Source of the DNA: Coriobacteriales bacterium
GTDB lineage: Bacteria > Actinomycetota > Coriobacteriia > Coriobacteriales > CADBOM01
Assembly (NCBI GenBank): GCA_963665595.2
Contig: CAXXJK010000005.1
Coordinates: 536,778-560,777, forward strand
Direction of reading: 5' to 3'
DNA: 24,000 nucleotides
In this document: positions 16,628 through 24,000 of the stretch, in pieces
Layout of the letters: each line of letters opens with the position of its first letter
Position numbering within the stretch: position 1 is the stretch's first letter
The notes under the pieces: generated by a model
Database searches by the model: none
What the model saw: only the letters and a program-made list of their open reading frames with translations
Told to the model about the DNA's origin: nothing
Translations under genes and position numbers: made by a program

Positions 16628-16701
16628 GCCACAGTAGCTCAGCTAGGCAAGAGCGCCCTCTGAAATGGGGGAGGTCGCGGGTTCGAATCCCGCCTGCGTA
16701 T
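16628..16701 (+). tRNA. tRNA-like gene with a Phe(GAA)-type anticodon loop but non-canonical acceptor and anticodon stems (pseudo-tRNA or tRNA-like ncRNA)
   Basis: Canonical TA-GCTC-AGCTAGGCAA-GAGC D arm and GCGGG-TTCGAAT-CCCGC T arm, loop CTGAAAT. However, 5' GCCACAG versus 3' CTGCGTA pairs at only 4 of 7 positions, and the 5' anticodon stem strand is one nt short. Confidence 0.5.
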
Positions 16702-16729
16702 ATGACCGCATCACCGTGATGCGTATTTG

Positions 16730-16753
16730 AAAAGCCACCGAAAGGTGGCTTTT
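16730..16753. terminator. Bidirectional intrinsic terminator (tRNA-like gene / peroxiredoxin)
   Basis: AAAAGCCACC-GAAA-GGTGGCTTTT: perfect stem, GNRA loop, A/T tracts on both sides. Confidence 0.8.
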
Positions 16754-16800
16754 CCCGTTGATACTGAAACTCTGTTTCCCCTGCGTACCCCGGAATTATT

Positions 16801-17502
16801 CTATGCTTTATTAACCGTGTCTGGTTTGAATTTGAGAAACCAGTCAACCTTTGTTTCCTGAGGATTGTTTTCTTCTCGGCGTTTTTTAAGCGCGCTCATG
16901 GTTGAAGGCGCAGGCTCGATGACATCATCACCGGGGCGCCAATCCGCTGGAGTCGCAACTTTTTGCGTGTCGGCTGTTTGTAGGGCTATCACGATGCGTT
17001 TGATCTCGTCGAAGTTACGCCCCAGCGAAGCCGGATAGTACAAAATAGTTCGAATTATGCCCTCGGGGTCGATGAAAAAGACGGCTCGTATGGCGGATGT
17101 CGAAGTTTGACCATGAATCATTCCATAGAGATGGGCAACGTCCATGGTGATGTCTTCTATCAAAGGGAATGTAACCTCTGGCTTTGAAATGTTTTTCCAT
17201 TCCAACTCACCTATACGATTAAGCCACGCTATGTGTGCATGTATAGAATCGACTGATAAGCCTACCAGCTGAACGTTGAGTTGCTCAAACTCATCGGCAA
17301 GGCTTGCAAAGGTCATAAACTCAGTCGTGCATACGGGAGTGAAATCTGCGGGATGAGAAAAGAGGATGATCCATTTTCCTTGGTAATCCTGAGGGAAGTT
17401 GATCAGTCCTTGGGTGGTATTTGCGCTAAATTCGGGAGCTTTTTGACCGATGACGGGCATGTACTGTTGACAATCTTTATTGCTGCTGATGTTCTCTTCC
17501 AT
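16801..17502 (-). CDS. 1-Cys peroxiredoxin (Prx6-type, AhpC/TSA family)
   Basis: FSHPADFTPVCTTEF active-site motif and the Prx6-like C-terminal ADWRPGDDVIEP. Track start is TTG 17511. The ATG at 17502 lies 9 nt after GAAGGAGG and is preferred. Confidence 0.9.
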   Translation of the reverse strand: MEENISSNKDCQQYMPVIGQKAPEFSANTTQGLINFPQDYQGKWIILFSHPADFTPVCTTEFMTFASLADEFEQLNVQLVGLSVDSIHAHIAWLNRIGELEWKNISKPEVTFPLIEDITMDVAHLYGMIHGQTSTSAIRAVFFIDPEGIIRTILYYPASLGRNFDEIKRIVIALQTADTQKVATPADWRPGDDVIEPAPSTMSALKKRREENNPQETKVDWFLKFKPDTVNKA

Positions 17503-17617
17503 GAGCGACAACCTCCTTCTGACTTAACACTTCATCCGACACTTCAACTTCATTATATCGAGAAGGTTACAAAGCACAAGCGACGGTTGATCGTTTCATT
17601 ATCAGTGAGACGACAGA

Positions 17618-18259
17618 TCAGAGTAGCGAGATGATTCCCATCGAGATAACCAACCCAACCAACGATATTAAGGAGCCTGATATAAATTCAGAAACTGAGT
17701 GACGTTTCATTTTGATACTTGCATAGAAGGCGAGAAACAGTACCGGCAGCCCCAACAGTCCTATGGGCCCAAAGAAGTATACGAGCAAGACAATGGGGCC
17801 TGCTATGCCGCAGGCATGTCCGCTTGCTTTGATTTTCAGTATTTTGCTTGAGACAAAAATACTTAAGCCTGAGATGAAATAAGTCAGATATATCAGCCAA
17901 AGGCCCGATGATACGCGTCCGCATATGACGGTAATGAGCCCTCCTATATAGCCGAGGAAGGCGGTGATGATAGCAAGGTCACGTTGCCCCGTACGACCCC
18001 TTTCTTTGAATTTTGGAATGAATGGTTGAAGCGGGTAGGCCAAAAGAGGTAAGACGGTGATGAACAGGATAGCAAGTAGATATTGAATCAGTGAGTAACT
18101 AAATGCTGCCGGGTTTGCTAGATAGATGATGGTGAGAACGAGAAAACCCATAAAGGGCGCCACGGTTACTACTCGGATTGTCTTGAAGAGTTTATCCACG
18201 TGTTTTTCTGCCTGCCCATCTTTGAGAAGCGTCAAAAAATAATGCACATGGATAAACAT
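17618..18259 (-). CDS. Polytopic membrane protein, possibly a divergent PAP2-like phosphatase
   Basis: 213 aa, ~6-7 hydrophobic helices. Weak PAP2-like remnants (KASGHACG; SIKMKRHSVSE). The function call is tentative. Confidence 0.55.
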   Translation of the reverse strand: MFIHVHYFLTLLKDGQAEKHVDKLFKTIRVVTVAPFMGFLVLTIIYLANPAAFSYSLIQYLLAILFITVLPLLAYPLQPFIPKFKERGRTGQRDLAIITAFLGYIGGLITVICGRVSSGLWLIYLTYFISGLSIFVSSKILKIKASGHACGIAGPIVLLVYFFGPIGLLGLPVLFLAFYASIKMKRHSVSEFISGSLISLVGLVISMGIISLL

Positions 18260-18499
18260 TGTAACCTATCGCGGGAGTTATTCTTTCTATTCTCAGAAAT
18301 AGATTATGAGAGTATGCAAGTTTTTGTTGTTTTTGGTGTTGACCTCGGGTTACAGCGCGTGATACGAGGACACACGCCGCCGTTTGCTCAAACGGGGCGC
18401 GGGGACTACGGCAATGAAAGGAGAAGGGCGCGCGTCAATTATCATTACGTGATATGCTGGCTAGGTGAAAGATTCTGACATTCGGGCGAAGGGGATTAT

Positions 18500-18913
18500 A
18501 TGTCTCAAAGTTCTGTGCCTCAAATTACATGGCTTGATAGTACGGCACCTCATGACTATGATGCCGCCGATTCGTATCTCAGTCTGCTGATGCCTCAGCA
18601 TGCAGAAGTAGTCGATTTGCTTAAGAACCGCCCCGTGGTTGAATACAAGGCCAAGGATATCTTCCGTGCGGCCGCGCTGCCGCTTTTGGGCAAGGACAAC
18701 TATCATGTAGGCAAGGATATACAGAAAATTCAAGCAGGCAAGAAGCTATCTCCCATCTTGTTGGTGGTAGATAACCGTTTCTCATCAAACCTCATTATTG
18801 CAGATGGATATCATCGTATGTGTGCTATCTACTCTTTCAACGAAGACATCTCTATCAGATGTCAGATCGTCTACCTTTCTCCCGCTAATGGCGTTGTCGA
18901 GGCGGGCGCATAA
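18500..18913 (+). CDS. Small ParB/Srx-fold (ParB N-terminal-like) domain protein
   Basis: 137 aa. PILLVVDN...LIIADGYHRMCA resembles the ParBc core (PI.V ... DG.HR..A). AAGGGGA SD. Confidence 0.5.
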   Translation: MSQSSVPQITWLDSTAPHDYDAADSYLSLLMPQHAEVVDLLKNRPVVEYKAKDIFRAAALPLLGKDNYHVGKDIQKIQAGKKLSPILLVVDNRFSSNLIIADGYHRMCAIYSFNEDISIRCQIVYLSPANGVVEAGA

Positions 18914-18983
18914 CTTTGATCTTTGGTGGCAGGCACACGCTGAGGGACATGAGCCTGCTCGCACAACCCTATTGGTTTCAGGC

Positions 18984-19742
18984 CTATAACTCGATGTCGA
19001 GTTCGACCGGGCAATGATCACTTCCGTGTACCGGTGCCAGTATGCGAGCGTTGCGGATGCGGCTGGTGAGTTCTTCTGAGGTAAGAAAGTAATCGATGCG
19101 CCATCCGGCGTTGTGGGCACGCGCATTGAAGCGATACGACCACCATGAATAGGCATCCACGTCATCGGGGTGCAGATGGCGGAAGGTGTCCACAAATCCG
19201 CTCTCTAACAGTTCATCAAATTTGGCGCGTTCCTCGTCTGAGAACCCTGCATTTTTCCTGTTCGCTTGCGGATTCTTAAGGTCAATCTCTTGGTGTGCCA
19301 CGTTGAAGTCACCGCAGGCTATCACAGATTTCTGGGTTTTGAGTTCGATAAGAAAGTCACGGAAGGCATCTTCCCATGCAAGCCGATGATCGAGGCGCGC
19401 CAGCTCGTTTTGAGAATTTGGCGTATACACGTTTACAAACCAGAATGTGGAAAACTCGAGTGCGCAGATACGTCCCTCTCGGTCGAGTTCTTCTGAGCCG
19501 AGGCCATAGTGTACGCGGAGAGGCTCCTGTTTTGAAAAAACGGCAGTGCCTGAGTAGCCCTTGCGCTCGGCATAGTTCCAAAACTGATGATAGTGGCTAG
19601 GGATCTCAAGAGCGAGCTGCCCTTCTTGCAGTTTTGTTTCCTGCAGAGCAAAGATATCAGCGTCTAGCGCAGAGAACGTTTCGTAGAAGTTCTTCTTGAC
19701 TATAGCGCGCAAGCCATTTACATTCCAGGAGATGAAGCGCAT
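18984..19742 (-). CDS. xth: Exodeoxyribonuclease III (AP endonuclease, Xth/ExoA family)
   Basis: MRFISWNVNGLRA..., LQETK, GDFNVAH and SDHCPV motifs. 252 aa. Confidence 0.9.
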   Translation of the reverse strand: MRFISWNVNGLRAIVKKNFYETFSALDADIFALQETKLQEGQLALEIPSHYHQFWNYAERKGYSGTAVFSKQEPLRVHYGLGSEELDREGRICALEFSTFWFVNVYTPNSQNELARLDHRLAWEDAFRDFLIELKTQKSVIACGDFNVAHQEIDLKNPQANRKNAGFSDEERAKFDELLESGFVDTFRHLHPDDVDAYSWWSYRFNARAHNAGWRIDYFLTSEELTSRIRNARILAPVHGSDHCPVELDIEL

Positions 19743-19777
19743 GACACCAGCCTCTCGATTATCTTAATAATGACACG

Positions 19778-21079
19778 TCAGCGGCGCTTTTTAAGTGCCG
19801 CAATGATTGATTCGGTGGCCTGTTCGGTTTCTGCTTGCGCGCGTTCCACGTCTATGGTCATGAACTCACCGTCACGATATAACACGACACCATCGACCAT
19901 GGTAAGGCACACATCATCACCTTGTGCCGAATAGACGATGTTGTTTAACGGGTGCGTCTCAGGATACATGTGAGGTTTATCGGTATCGAGCACGATGAGG
20001 TCAGCACGACACCCTTCCGTAATGATTCCGCAATCGTTTCGTCGCTGTGCGATGGCACCATTGCGCGTTGCACACTCAAGCGCCTGGCGCGGGGTGATGA
20101 CGGTGGGGTCTCCTGTATTTCCTTTATGGATGAGGGAAAACAGATAGAGATCCTGAAGGATGTTGTGGTTGTTGTTTGATGCAACTCCATCGGTACCCAG
20201 CGCAACGCGCACGCCTTTTTCGAGCATTTTTGGTACGGGAGCAATACCGCTGGCAAGTTTAAGGTTTGAAGCGGGGCAGCTTGCCACGGTGATGTCGTGC
20301 GCGCGCATGATATCCATATCACTTTCAGAAATCCAGACGCAATGTGCCGCGGTACAGGGCGTACGGAAGAATCCCAGACTCTCAAAATAAGCAGTGGGTG
20401 TCATGCCACCGTGTCGTTTCTGGCATTCCTCGTGTTCGCTTTTTGTTTCAGAAAGATGGATATGAGTACCCAGCGCATGATCTAGCGCCACCTGGCCGAT
20501 CGCTTCTACCAATGCGGGAAAGCTGGTGTATTCCGCGTGAATGCATACATCCATCATTAAACGTCCGTTACCGGCACCATGGTAGTCTGCTATCAGCCGT
20601 TCGTTGAGCTTAGAAACAGGCATTTCCTCATAGGGCTTGACCTCAAAACCGATGGTACCTTCCGAAAGATTGCACTTGATACCCGATTCAAGCACGGCTT
20701 TTGCTCGTGCATCAGAAAAATAGTACATGTCGGTAAACGATACCGTCCCATACCGAATCATTTCGGCAATGGCAAGTTGCATGGCGGGGTAAGCGGTCTC
20801 GTCGGTTATAAGCCCTTCGAAAGGAAACACCATTTCATTGAGCCATCTGTCGAGAGGAAGATTCTCCGCATACCCGCGCAGTAACGTCATGGGCGCATGA
20901 GCGTGCGCATTATAGAAGCCCGGCATAAGTATCTTGCGTTTTCCATCATAGATGGTACCAAAATCTTCTGAGGGTTTCTCGGCGCCTATGTAGGAGATCA
21001 GCCCGTTTTTCACACCAATGTATTGGTGATTTTCGATTTCAAATTCCTGATTGACAATTGAAATATCAGAGAACAGCAT
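19778..21079 (-). CDS. mtaD: Amidohydrolase, MtaD-like 5'-methylthioadenosine/S-adenosylhomocysteine (5'-deoxyadenosine) deaminase
   Basis: PGFYNAHAHAPMTLLRGYAENLPLDRWL and later HLSE / GTD metal-ligand motifs. Track start is 21115. The ATG at 21079 follows GAAGGAG by 6 nt. Confidence 0.83.
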   Translation of the reverse strand: MLFSDISIVNQEFEIENHQYIGVKNGLISYIGAEKPSEDFGTIYDGKRKILMPGFYNAHAHAPMTLLRGYAENLPLDRWLNEMVFPFEGLITDETAYPAMQLAIAEMIRYGTVSFTDMYYFSDARAKAVLESGIKCNLSEGTIGFEVKPYEEMPVSKLNERLIADYHGAGNGRLMMDVCIHAEYTSFPALVEAIGQVALDHALGTHIHLSETKSEHEECQKRHGGMTPTAYFESLGFFRTPCTAAHCVWISESDMDIMRAHDITVASCPASNLKLASGIAPVPKMLEKGVRVALGTDGVASNNNHNILQDLYLFSLIHKGNTGDPTVITPRQALECATRNGAIAQRRNDCGIITEGCRADLIVLDTDKPHMYPETHPLNNIVYSAQGDDVCLTMVDGVVLYRDGEFMTIDVERAQAETEQATESIIAALKKRR

Positions 21080-21172
21080 CTCTACTCCTTCAGGCGGATT
21101 TTGCACATACAGCAATCAGCCGCCTCTCAAGGCGACTCTACTTATCCTATCATTATGAAGAAAAAACTGCGA

Positions 21173-22159
21173 CTAGGCAGTGGCGCCTCCGCAACTTGAG
21201 CCCGCGCCAGCGGTGCAGGCATAACAGTGTTGCCCAAACTGCAGGGGACGTGAAGGCAGCGCGCCATCGCACAGATCGCTGATGTTATGTATGCCTGCTG
21301 AAGGCAGTTCGCAGATCTGGTTGAAATCACAGTCAAATATGCGCCCCGTCCATTCAACGGATATCTGGTCACGACACATCATGCCTTCCGTTGTCGCTGG
21401 ATTGAACGCACGCGCTAGCTTCTGCATATACCCTTCCATATTGCCACTACGCTCAAGCCACGTGCCAAAACGTCCTATAGGGTTATTCGTGATAGTAAGC
21501 AGGTTATTGAAAACGATGCCATAGGCCGACTCAAGTTTTTCATGAAATTCTGCTGCAAGCGCTTCTTGGGAGGCGGGCATGAATGCGCCACGCGGATTAT
21601 AGACGAGATCAAGTTGCAAGCGTTCGTCAGAACCATACCCTAACGCATTAAGTTCGCGGATGACGGCTATGCACGCCTCAAAGGAGCCTGCGCCGCGCTG
21701 GGAGTCCATCTCACGTTCCGTATAGGCGGGCAGAGAAGAAACGACATTGATTCCGTGATCTGCGTAGCGTGGCACCAGATGTTGATATTCTGGTGCGGTA
21801 AGTATGACAAGGTTTGAGCGCACTATGATTTTAAGGTCGCGCTGGGCAAGCTCATCGATGAACCATTCGAAATGAGGATTCATCTCAGGGGCCCCGCCGG
21901 TTATATCGACGGTGGTAAAAGGATGGGAGTCAAGAGCGGCAAGACACTGCTCTAATACCGCGCGTGACATGATTTCGGTGCGCGTGGGACCTGCCTCGAT
22001 ATGACAGTGCTTGCAAGCCAGATTGCAGAGTTTGCCTACATTGATCTGCATCGTATGAAGGGGAGAGCAACTCATCTGATGCTCGGGCGGTATCTGATCA
22101 ATGAAGGGTGCGATACCCTGTATCTCTTCGCATGAACGAGCAGTTTGATATTCTGGCAT
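21173..22159 (-). CDS. arsS: Radical SAM / C-terminal Cys-rich protein of the ArsS type (annotated in databases as arsenosugar-biosynthesis radical SAM protein)
   Basis: CNLACKHCH radical-SAM cluster motif. C-terminal CYACTAGAGSSCGG tail, which I recall as characteristic of this family (Sec replaces Cys in some species). The AhpD-like partner is immediately upstream. Confidence 0.75.
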   Translation of the reverse strand: MPEYQTARSCEEIQGIAPFIDQIPPEHQMSCSPLHTMQINVGKLCNLACKHCHIEAGPTRTEIMSRAVLEQCLAALDSHPFTTVDITGGAPEMNPHFEWFIDELAQRDLKIIVRSNLVILTAPEYQHLVPRYADHGINVVSSLPAYTEREMDSQRGAGSFEACIAVIRELNALGYGSDERLQLDLVYNPRGAFMPASQEALAAEFHEKLESAYGIVFNNLLTITNNPIGRFGTWLERSGNMEGYMQKLARAFNPATTEGMMCRDQISVEWTGRIFDCDFNQICELPSAGIHNISDLCDGALPSRPLQFGQHCYACTAGAGSSCGGATA

Positions 22160-22170
22160 TAAGGAGTTCC

Positions 22171-22503
22171 TTACATCTCAAGTTTATTCATGACATTCTT
22201 TGCTTGCATGCCGTGGGCAAGTGTCGCGCCTCCGCGGATGGCAGCGGCAACATGGACAGCTTCTGTGATTTGATCGCGCGTGACGCCCTTGCTCAAAAGA
22301 TCTTGTGTGTAGGAGTCGATACAATAGGGGCACTGCACCGCGTGCGCAACAGCCAGTGCAATCAGCGACTTTTCCCGTGCAGTCAGGGCACCTTCGGCAA
22401 AGACTTCGCCGTACCAACCCATGAATTTCTCCCAAAGTTCGGGAGCATCCTCGCCCATATTACCAAACTCTGCAAGGTCTGAAGGGTTGTAATAAGTTTC
22501 CAT
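22171..22503 (-). CDS. AhpD/carboxymuconolactone-decarboxylase-fold protein (ArsS-associated peroxidase-like partner)
   Basis: CMD-fold CxxC motif (AVQCPYCIDSY). Track start is 22581. The ATG at 22503 (METYYNPSDL) follows AAAGGA. An 11-nt gap separates it from the radical SAM gene. Confidence 0.78.
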   Translation of the reverse strand: METYYNPSDLAEFGNMGEDAPELWEKFMGWYGEVFAEGALTAREKSLIALAVAHAVQCPYCIDSYTQDLLSKGVTRDQITEAVHVAAAIRGGATLAHGMQAKNVMNKLEM

Positions 22504-22697
22504 CGTATATCCTTTCATGCGTCGGTATAGTTGTTGCTGTCTATTATATGACAATGTCTTATAATAAGAATAGCATAGCACCGTATGGTATATAGAGGGA
22601 TTTTTAAAAACGTTGATTGATCATGCGTTTTGCTGAGCAGCTGTTTGAACAATGAAAATTGTAACTATGATTGAGATTTCGTGGTAGAATACACCCT

Positions 22698-22796
22698 GTG
22701 TGCAAAAGCTGGTAGGAGATGCGACGCACAAAAGTATGTCTGCTTTGTCTGAGGGGAGACTGCGGACACCTGCGAGGAACGTCAGCTTTTGCACAA
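22698..22796 (+). ncRNA. Candidate small structured RNA / riboswitch-like element of unknown class
   Basis: Extended -10 TGgTAGAAT at 22682-22690. GTGCAAAAGCTG (22700-11) is perfectly complementary to CAGCTTTTGCAC (22783-94), extended by 2 G-U pairs that exist only on the plus strand. Internal stacked hairpin: GTCTGC/GCGGAC (22738-43/22762-67) around GTCT-GAGGGG-AGAC. Confidence 0.3.
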
Positions 22797-23310
22797 CATT
22801 CTGATCGCCGCAGATGGTGAGAAGTCGATGAAGACAAGACACTGGCATTGATTTTAACGAGTTCTTAAAACTCTTTCCTTGTTCTTCAGAGCATATGACC
22901 GTTGAACATCAAACGGTTTCGCTGCGGCCCTCTTTGACTCGCCGTACCCGTAGGGGCGGTGATTCGGTATCTGGGGGCGGGTGCGGTCCAGCCAAGATGG
23001 CTGTTCCACGCCCGCGTGGTGCCTGCGCGTATCTATCGCGACTCATTTTTTCATCAGCATTAATTGAATATGATAAACACCTGAGAACACGTCTGTTGTT
23101 TGCTTCGACGTTCTGCCGGAAAGGGAGCAGCAGACAGCCGAAGATTTCATGATTATGTTACCGAACACCGGTAAGGTACTCGTAAGGACGAGGTAATAAT
23201 TGCGATCTATCTGATGGGTTGCATATAACCCGCATCACCTGTTATATATTTTGCGTGCGGGCCAGAAACTTGATAACCACGCGGTTATAAATATATATAT
23301 GAATATGTAT

Positions 23311-23339
23311 TTAACTTATTATTCTTATTGTAATATAAT
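23311..23339 (+). promoter_or_regulatory. Candidate promoter (TTAACT-N17-TATAAT) of the downstream binding-protein gene
   Basis: Hexamers at 23311-16 and 23334-39 in a very AT-rich stretch. Low specificity. Confidence 0.3.
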
Positions 23340-23412
23340 TCGCCAGAGGATAATCACATACTAAACGTGAGCCTATCAAATTCCGTAGTTTTTAGTTAGG
23401 AGTGTTACCGCT

Positions 23413-24000
23413 ATGACGAAACGGGTCAGAAAACCCATCATATTGTTGTGTGTCGTCCTTTTGGGCCTTTTTTCAGTTGTGGGTTGTGCTTCTTCATCAA
23501 AGAGCACATCGGCAGAAAAAGTCGCGGCCGACCGTGTCGTGACCGATATGAACGGTGACCAGATAACGGTTGCCGCAAATGCACAAACCATCATGACGGT
23601 TAACTCAGTAGCAACACAGATAGTGCTCATGCTTGGCGGCGACGCGGCTGCCTGCACCGTTGGACAAGGTTTCATCTATACCGATGGGAGCCTGAACAAG
23701 CAGATGTTTCCCGGGCTGAATGCCGTGCCGACCTTCACACGTGATGATGTGAACGTTGAGTCGGTCATGAACATCAATCCTGGTCTTCTTATCATCGACA
23801 ACAAAGACACCGTTACTACCCTGCGTAACGCGGGTTTACCGGTTGCGTATGTATCGGTGACTTCTCCTGAGACGCTCATGCAGGCGGTCCAAATTATAGG
23901 GGATGCGCTTGGCGGTAATGCGGCGGTTAAGGCTGACGAATACTGCGCTTACTATCAAGATACCATCAATTCAATAACAGCTCGGTCGGCAAGTTTGAGT
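23413..24000 (+). CDS. ABC-transporter substrate-binding lipoprotein, Fe3+-siderophore/heme/cobalamin type (Peripla_BP_2-like), 3'-truncated by the window edge
   Basis: Not in the ORF track because it has no stop. My translation from ATG 23413 (AGGAG 10 nt upstream): MTKRVRKPIILLCVVLLGLFSVVGCASS (lipobox) ...RVVTDMNGDQITVAANAQTIMTVNSVATQIVLMLGG...VESVMNINPGLLIID. Open through 24000 (196 codons). The track ORFs 23376..23675(-) and 23676..23879(-) are its antisense shadows. Confidence 0.8.
   Translation, partial: MTKRVRKPIILLCVVLLGLFSVVGCASSSKSTSAEKVAADRVVTDMNGDQITVAANAQTIMTVNSVATQIVLMLGGDAAACTVGQGFIYTDGSLNKQMFPGLNAVPTFTRDDVNVESVMNINPGLLIIDNKDTVTTLRNAGLPVAYVSVTSPETLMQAVQIIGDALGGNAAVKADEYCAYYQDTINSITARSASLS

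Noticed and set aside
22895-23152. 85-aa plus-strand ORF (MTVEHQTVSLRPSLTRRTRRGG...).
   Set aside because: It is Arg/Gly/Ser-rich and low-complexity, has no RBS, and coincides with GC-rich hairpins. It is most likely a non-coding artefact.
22582-23412. Cobalamin riboswitch expected upstream of a BtuF/FecB-type binding protein (GACACTGGCATTG at ~22838 and AAAGGGAGCAGC at ~23120 look vaguely B12-like).
   Set aside because: The core GGUGnAAnUCC / CCCGCnACUGU and the B12-box (AGYCMGgAgaCCkGCc-type) are absent on either strand.
23376-23879. Two minus-strand track ORFs (99 aa and 67 aa).
   Set aside because: They are antisense shadows of the plus-strand lipoprotein CDS that starts at 23413 and stays open to the window end. 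That CDS has a lipobox, an RBS and family-typical sequence.
1-24000. Search for CRISPR arrays, IS elements/transposases, integrases, toxin-antitoxin pairs or known defence operons.
   Set aside because: No spaced direct-repeat arrays, no DDE/tyrosine/serine recombinase-like ORFs, and no recognisable defence-gene motifs were seen on either strand.

Overview
Mid-GC chromosomal window. Gene content and order look Actinomycetota-like, probably Coriobacteriia-type (inference from a Tat-exported coiled-coil NlpC/P60, ftsB-ppx synteny and comFC...hpf). I can support 21 CDS (one runs off the 3' edge and is missing from the ORF track), 2 canonical tRNAs (Thr-CGU, Leu-UAA), a fluoride riboswitch ahead of crcB, and several intrinsic terminators. 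I saw no CRISPR array, transposase, integrase or recognisable defence operon. Items worth a second look: (1) a ~285-nt promoter-to-terminator structured RNA directly downstream of comFC and upstream of hpf, the classic position of the raiA-motif ncRNA, but with a binding-protein gene inserted before hpf. (2) A Sec-exported 960-aa protein whose core carries the motif series of GT80 sialyltransferases, fused to two ricin-type lectins, inside a visibly AT-rich insert that also holds a divergent XRE/Cro-like regulator pair. (3) Two diverged paralogs of an uncharacterised tail-anchored membrane protein, 13 kb apart. (4) A tRNA-Phe-like gene with a near-consensus promoter and a terminator but broken acceptor and anticodon stems. 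(5) An ~830-bp coding-free gap holding a 14-15-bp-closed ~100-nt RNA-like element and a cluster of GC-rich hairpins. (6) An AhpD-like / ArsS-like radical SAM / MtaD / Xth gene string. All homology calls come from motif recognition by eye, with no database search.
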